A DNA stretch of 64,000 nt from the human T2T-CHM13v2.0 reference genome, Homo sapiens. Positions 59,351 to 64,000 of the stretch are shown one piece after another. The number at the start of each line of letters is the position of its first letter. Position 1 is the stretch's first letter. The position numbers were made by a program, and so were the translations under genes. Where the stretch lies: assembly GCF_009914755.1 (NCBI RefSeq), contig NC_060934.1; one strand, written 5' to 3'. Under the pieces are notes generated by a model, which saw only the letters and a list, made by a program, of their open reading frames with translations, did not search any database and was not told the origin of the DNA.

Positions 59351-60561
59351 TTAAGCCTAGGCCTTGCTGAAGTGAACTCTACTCTAGCCAAGTTTCCTGT
59401 GAGGCATAAATACACCCACTTCCACCTCCCAATCTTCATTCATGATGTTCCCTCTGGCAGAAATGCTCTTCCTCCCCTCTGTTAGCAGATCCAAGTTTTG
59501 CCCATGCATTAAGTTTCTGTTCAAATCTTAGGTCTGCCACAAGGCCTTCCTTAACTTTTATAACCTAGACCAAGTGCTTATTTAATTTTTTAATAGCACT
59601 GAGCATTTATAAATTACTTATTAAGTATCTCTGTGTGGAAAGGAGTGAGCTAGATTTGGGAACAGAGTAAGTTAAATAAAAAGCACCATTCCATACTCGA
59701 GAAGCTAACAAACTTCTTATTTGTCCTAAGCAATAATTTTTTGTATGTGTTCCCTAATTACCTTGTCAACTTTGAAGGCAGGCAGGAATCAATGTTTTAA
59801 TCTTTTTTAGTGCCTAGCACAATAAGTACTTCATAATCAGAGCTAGATAGATATTTATCAAATTAAATTAAAAATAAATATGACGGAATTACTTAGGCAT
59901 ACTTCCCAATTGTATAAAAGAATCACAAAAACTTCCCTTAATAGTTTATTCCTTCAAACATTTTGTAACAATTATTTTAAAACTTTCTAAAAGAGGTTGG
60001 ATATGTCCCTGCTATGTTAAATAAAGAGCCTTAAGGACAGTGGCTTTTTAAAAAAATAATAATAATATTGACCTGCTTGTGGATGACTGAACTGAGTATC
60101 TTTATTGAAAATTTTGATAAAGCTGAACTAAGGGCATGTTGCATGTTTGTTGGAATGACTCTTCTTAAGACTCAGTTTTATATACAGGAAAAAATCTGAT
60201 TAGCAGTTCTATGGAGCTACTGGAAACTCGAGCTTCAAAAACACCACAGAAATGAAAAGACAAGGGGCATTGTTTTTACTGAGATTTCCATAATTCTCAC
60301 TCCTCTTCTGATGACATAAAGTAAGCCCAGGGGACTATTAATGAGGTTGAAAATGAATATGCCTGAGCTGTAATCACACCAAGAAATGGATAAAAGGTAT
60401 TGTTCCATTGCCTAGGTCAGCCTGGTATAAAAAAATGGAAAGACCCAGTGGGTATATTATTGGCAATTTTGTGGCAGACTTTCTTCTAGGCATATTGGAG
60501 AACACAAAACTTTACAGAGTAAGAACAGCAATAATGAAAGGCACACTCGAGAGAGTAAGGA

Positions 60562-60862
60562 GGCTGGACTCAGTGGCTTATGCCTGTAATCCCAGCCCTG
60601 TGGGAGGCCAAGGCAAGCAGATCGCTTGAGCCCAGGAGTTGGAGACCAGCCTGGGCAACATGGGGAAACCCTGCCTCTGCACAAAAAATACAAAAATTAG
60701 CTGGGTGTGATGGCACATATCTGTGGACCCAGCTACTTCAGAGGCTGAGGTGGGAGGATGCCCTGGGAGGTCAAGGCTGCAGTGAGCCATGATTGTGCCG
60801 CTGTACTCCAGCCTGGGTGACACAGGGAGACCCTGTCTCAAAAAGATAAAAATAAAATAAAA
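60562..60862 (+). mobile_element. AluJ-like
   Basis: Dimer with ggtcaaggctgcagtgagccatgatt; TSD gagagagtaagga. Confidence 0.92.
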
Positions 60863-61735
60863 GAGAGAGAGAGAGAGTAAGGAAAGTAAAAATAAAAATA
60901 AGGCAGGCAGGTGGGTGAATAAGAGAAGGATAAGGAAGAGAAGAAAAAGGAGAGGAGCAATAGGAGAAAAGAGAGAAGAAAGAGAACCGAGAGGAAGAGC
61001 TAATTACAGACAAGAATGCAGCAGGAGTGAAGAAAAGGAAATAAAGAGGCTGGAAAGGAAAAGGAAATTAACTGACTCGGGATATTTTCAGTTTTTTTGA
61101 AGATCATGCCCCGGTTTTCACTGTGAATGAAAGACTCAGGAAACAAGCCTTTCCTGTTGAGACCTGTGTGTAATTCCTGCTCTGCACCTTGCTAGCAATT
61201 GTTGCATATCAAGATAAAAGCATCTGCAAAGAGAAGGGGCTTGCACTTGAAGGTGGAGCAGGGGGGCCTTACTGGTTTTAATCCCTGGAGAGGATACATG
61301 TCTCTCAAACTTGCAACAGGAAGTGAGGGAGAGCCTGGGTCTTGCTCACAAGGAGTCAAGCCACTCAGGAGACACTGTCTTTTCAAAAATGGTCTAAACT
61401 GAATATGATTTAACATAAAATTGTACATTCTGGCATCTGAAGCTTAAGATATCCTAATTTCACAATTGATGGCTGCTTAGAAGTGATGAAACACGTAAGT
61501 GGCTATCTGTGTTTGAGCAGAGACAAAAGTAAAACTGTGTGCTCAGAGCTTCAACACATGTAAAGCAAGAGCAAGCTGTCCTGGTAGGGAAGAAAGGACA
61601 CTGCTGCATCTAGGAAGGTGCTGTCCGGTCAGGAGTAAAGAATAAACAACTAGAGACAGTTTCAGGTAGACGCCAAAAAAAAAAAAAAAAAAGGCCTGAG
61701 ACAGGCCCATGACCCAGAGTTTGGTGCCTAATTAC

Positions 61736-61840
61736 CATGGTGGCGCATGCCTGTTTTCCCAGCTACTTGGGAGGCTGAGACAGGCGAATTGCTTGAAGCT
61801 GGGAGGTGGGGTTTACAGGCGTGAAGCACCAAACCCAGCT
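61736..61840. mobile_element. Chimeric inverted Alu fragment
   Basis: Plus-strand right-arm start fused to a minus-strand Alu 5' end (ttacaggcgtga...cccagc). Confidence 0.7.
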
Positions 61841-62368
61841 TCTTGAAGTGAAATTTATATACAGTAAGATTTACTCTTTTTAGTCTACAGATCTATTAAT
61901 TTTGACTCATGTAATACAGTTGTGTAACCACCTCCACAATTATCATAGGGAATATTTCACCACCTAAAAAAGTTGACTCATGTCCCCTTGTGGTGAGTTC
62001 CCTCCTCCCCACCCACAGTCTCTGCAATTTTTGCTCCATAGTTCTCCCTTTTCCAGAATGCAACATGAAGGGTATTATACAGTTCAGTCTCCTTCAGGGC
62101 TGCTTTCACTTCACAAGACGCTTTTGAGATTTCTCTATGTTCTTGGGTGTATCAGTAATTCGTTCTTTTTATTTCCAAGTGGTATTCCATTGTATTGTTT
62201 ATCTCAGTTTATCCATTTACAGTTGATGAACTTGGCTTGTTTGCAGTTTGGGGTGACTATGAATAAAGCCGTTATAAACATCTCACACAGGTCTGTGTGA
62301 GAACATATGTCATATGTTTTCATTTCTCTTGGGTAAAAACCTAGGAGTGGGACTGTCGGGTTGTATGG

Positions 62369-63158
<790 letters not shown>

Positions 63159-63627
63159 GTACGGTCAGTCGGTGTACATTTCACTTAATGGGCACTTTTT
63201 CCCAAAGTGCCCATATTGACGTTCCCACCAGCAATGCATGAGAGTCCTGGTTGTTCTATGATCCATCAGCAGTCGACACTAGCAGTGTTTTTCATTTTAG
63301 CCATTCTAATAGGTGAAGAGTGGTTTTAATTTTTATTTTTCTAATGGCTTATTATGTTGAGCACCTTTTCATGTGCTATTTGTCATCCATATATCTTCCT
63401 TAGCGAAGCTTCTGTTCCAGTCTTTTATCCAGTTTTTATTGGTTGTGTGTATTTTCTTAATAAGTTGTAAGAGTTCTTTTACAGGCATGTGTTTTCTAAA
63501 TATTTCCTCCCCATCTATGACTTCTCTTTTTATTTCCTTAACAATGTATTTTGAAGAAGAAAAAACTTTAAATTTGAAGGCTTATTTATCCATGCTTTCT
63601 TTTACGATTTGTGTTTGTGTCCTAGCT

Positions 63628-63658
<31 letters not shown>

Positions 63659-63927
63659 GCCCAAGCTAAGCACACAATTACATTCTCTTATGTTTTCTTT
63701 TAGAAGTTTTATAGTTTTTGCTCTTACATTTAGGTCTATGACGTATTTCAAATTAATATTTTCATATGGTGCTAGGCAATGGTGTAAAGGTTGAATTTCT
63801 TTTTTTTTCATTAGTATACAGATGTTCCATTGTTTGCTTTTTGAAAGGACTATGTCTTATACATTGATGAACTTGGTAGCTTTGTTGCAAATCAGTTGAC
63901 CGTGTAAGTGTCTATCTACGTCTGGAC

Positions 63928-64000
63928 TTTCTTTCTTTCTTTTTTTTTTTTTTTTTTTGAGATGGAGTCTCGCTCTGTCGCCAGGCTGGAGTGCAGTGGC
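63928..64000 (-). mobile_element. Alu 3' end, cut by the window edge
   Basis: PolyT then gagatggagtctcgctctgtcgccaggctggagtgcagtggc. Confidence 0.95.

Overview
This is primate (human-like) genomic DNA, rich in Alu, L1, L2, MIR, MaLR/ERV LTR and hAT relics. I found no supportable protein-coding exon, RNA gene, CRISPR array or prokaryotic system. The organising feature is a CpG-island promoter at ~47.7-48.65 kb carrying GC boxes, a G-quadruplex motif and a non-coding first exon on the minus strand, which ends at a GAG|GTAGGT donor at 48173. Bases 1-48172 therefore read as the 5' intronic region of a large minus-strand gene that I cannot name with confidence, and 48.4-64 kb is its upstream flank. 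The best candidate for an unannotated system is a multi-promoter, sense/antisense arrangement. It comprises a spliced plus-strand non-coding transcript predicted from matched splice and polyA signals (48149 donor; candidate exons 49211-, 51264-51311, 51837-~52240), an internal TATA-containing promoter/exon near 24.9-25.15 kb, and an 81-nt uORF-bearing 5'UTR exon candidate (22792-22872). Other notable structure: an 18-copy minisatellite with higher-order organisation, a ~170-bp degenerate triplication with faint alpha-satellite resemblance, two local duplications, an intact MER51-type solo LTR and several rearranged Alus. All exon and promoter models are motif-based predictions. Repeat subfamily names come from recalled consensus sequences and need RepeatMasker/Dfam confirmation.
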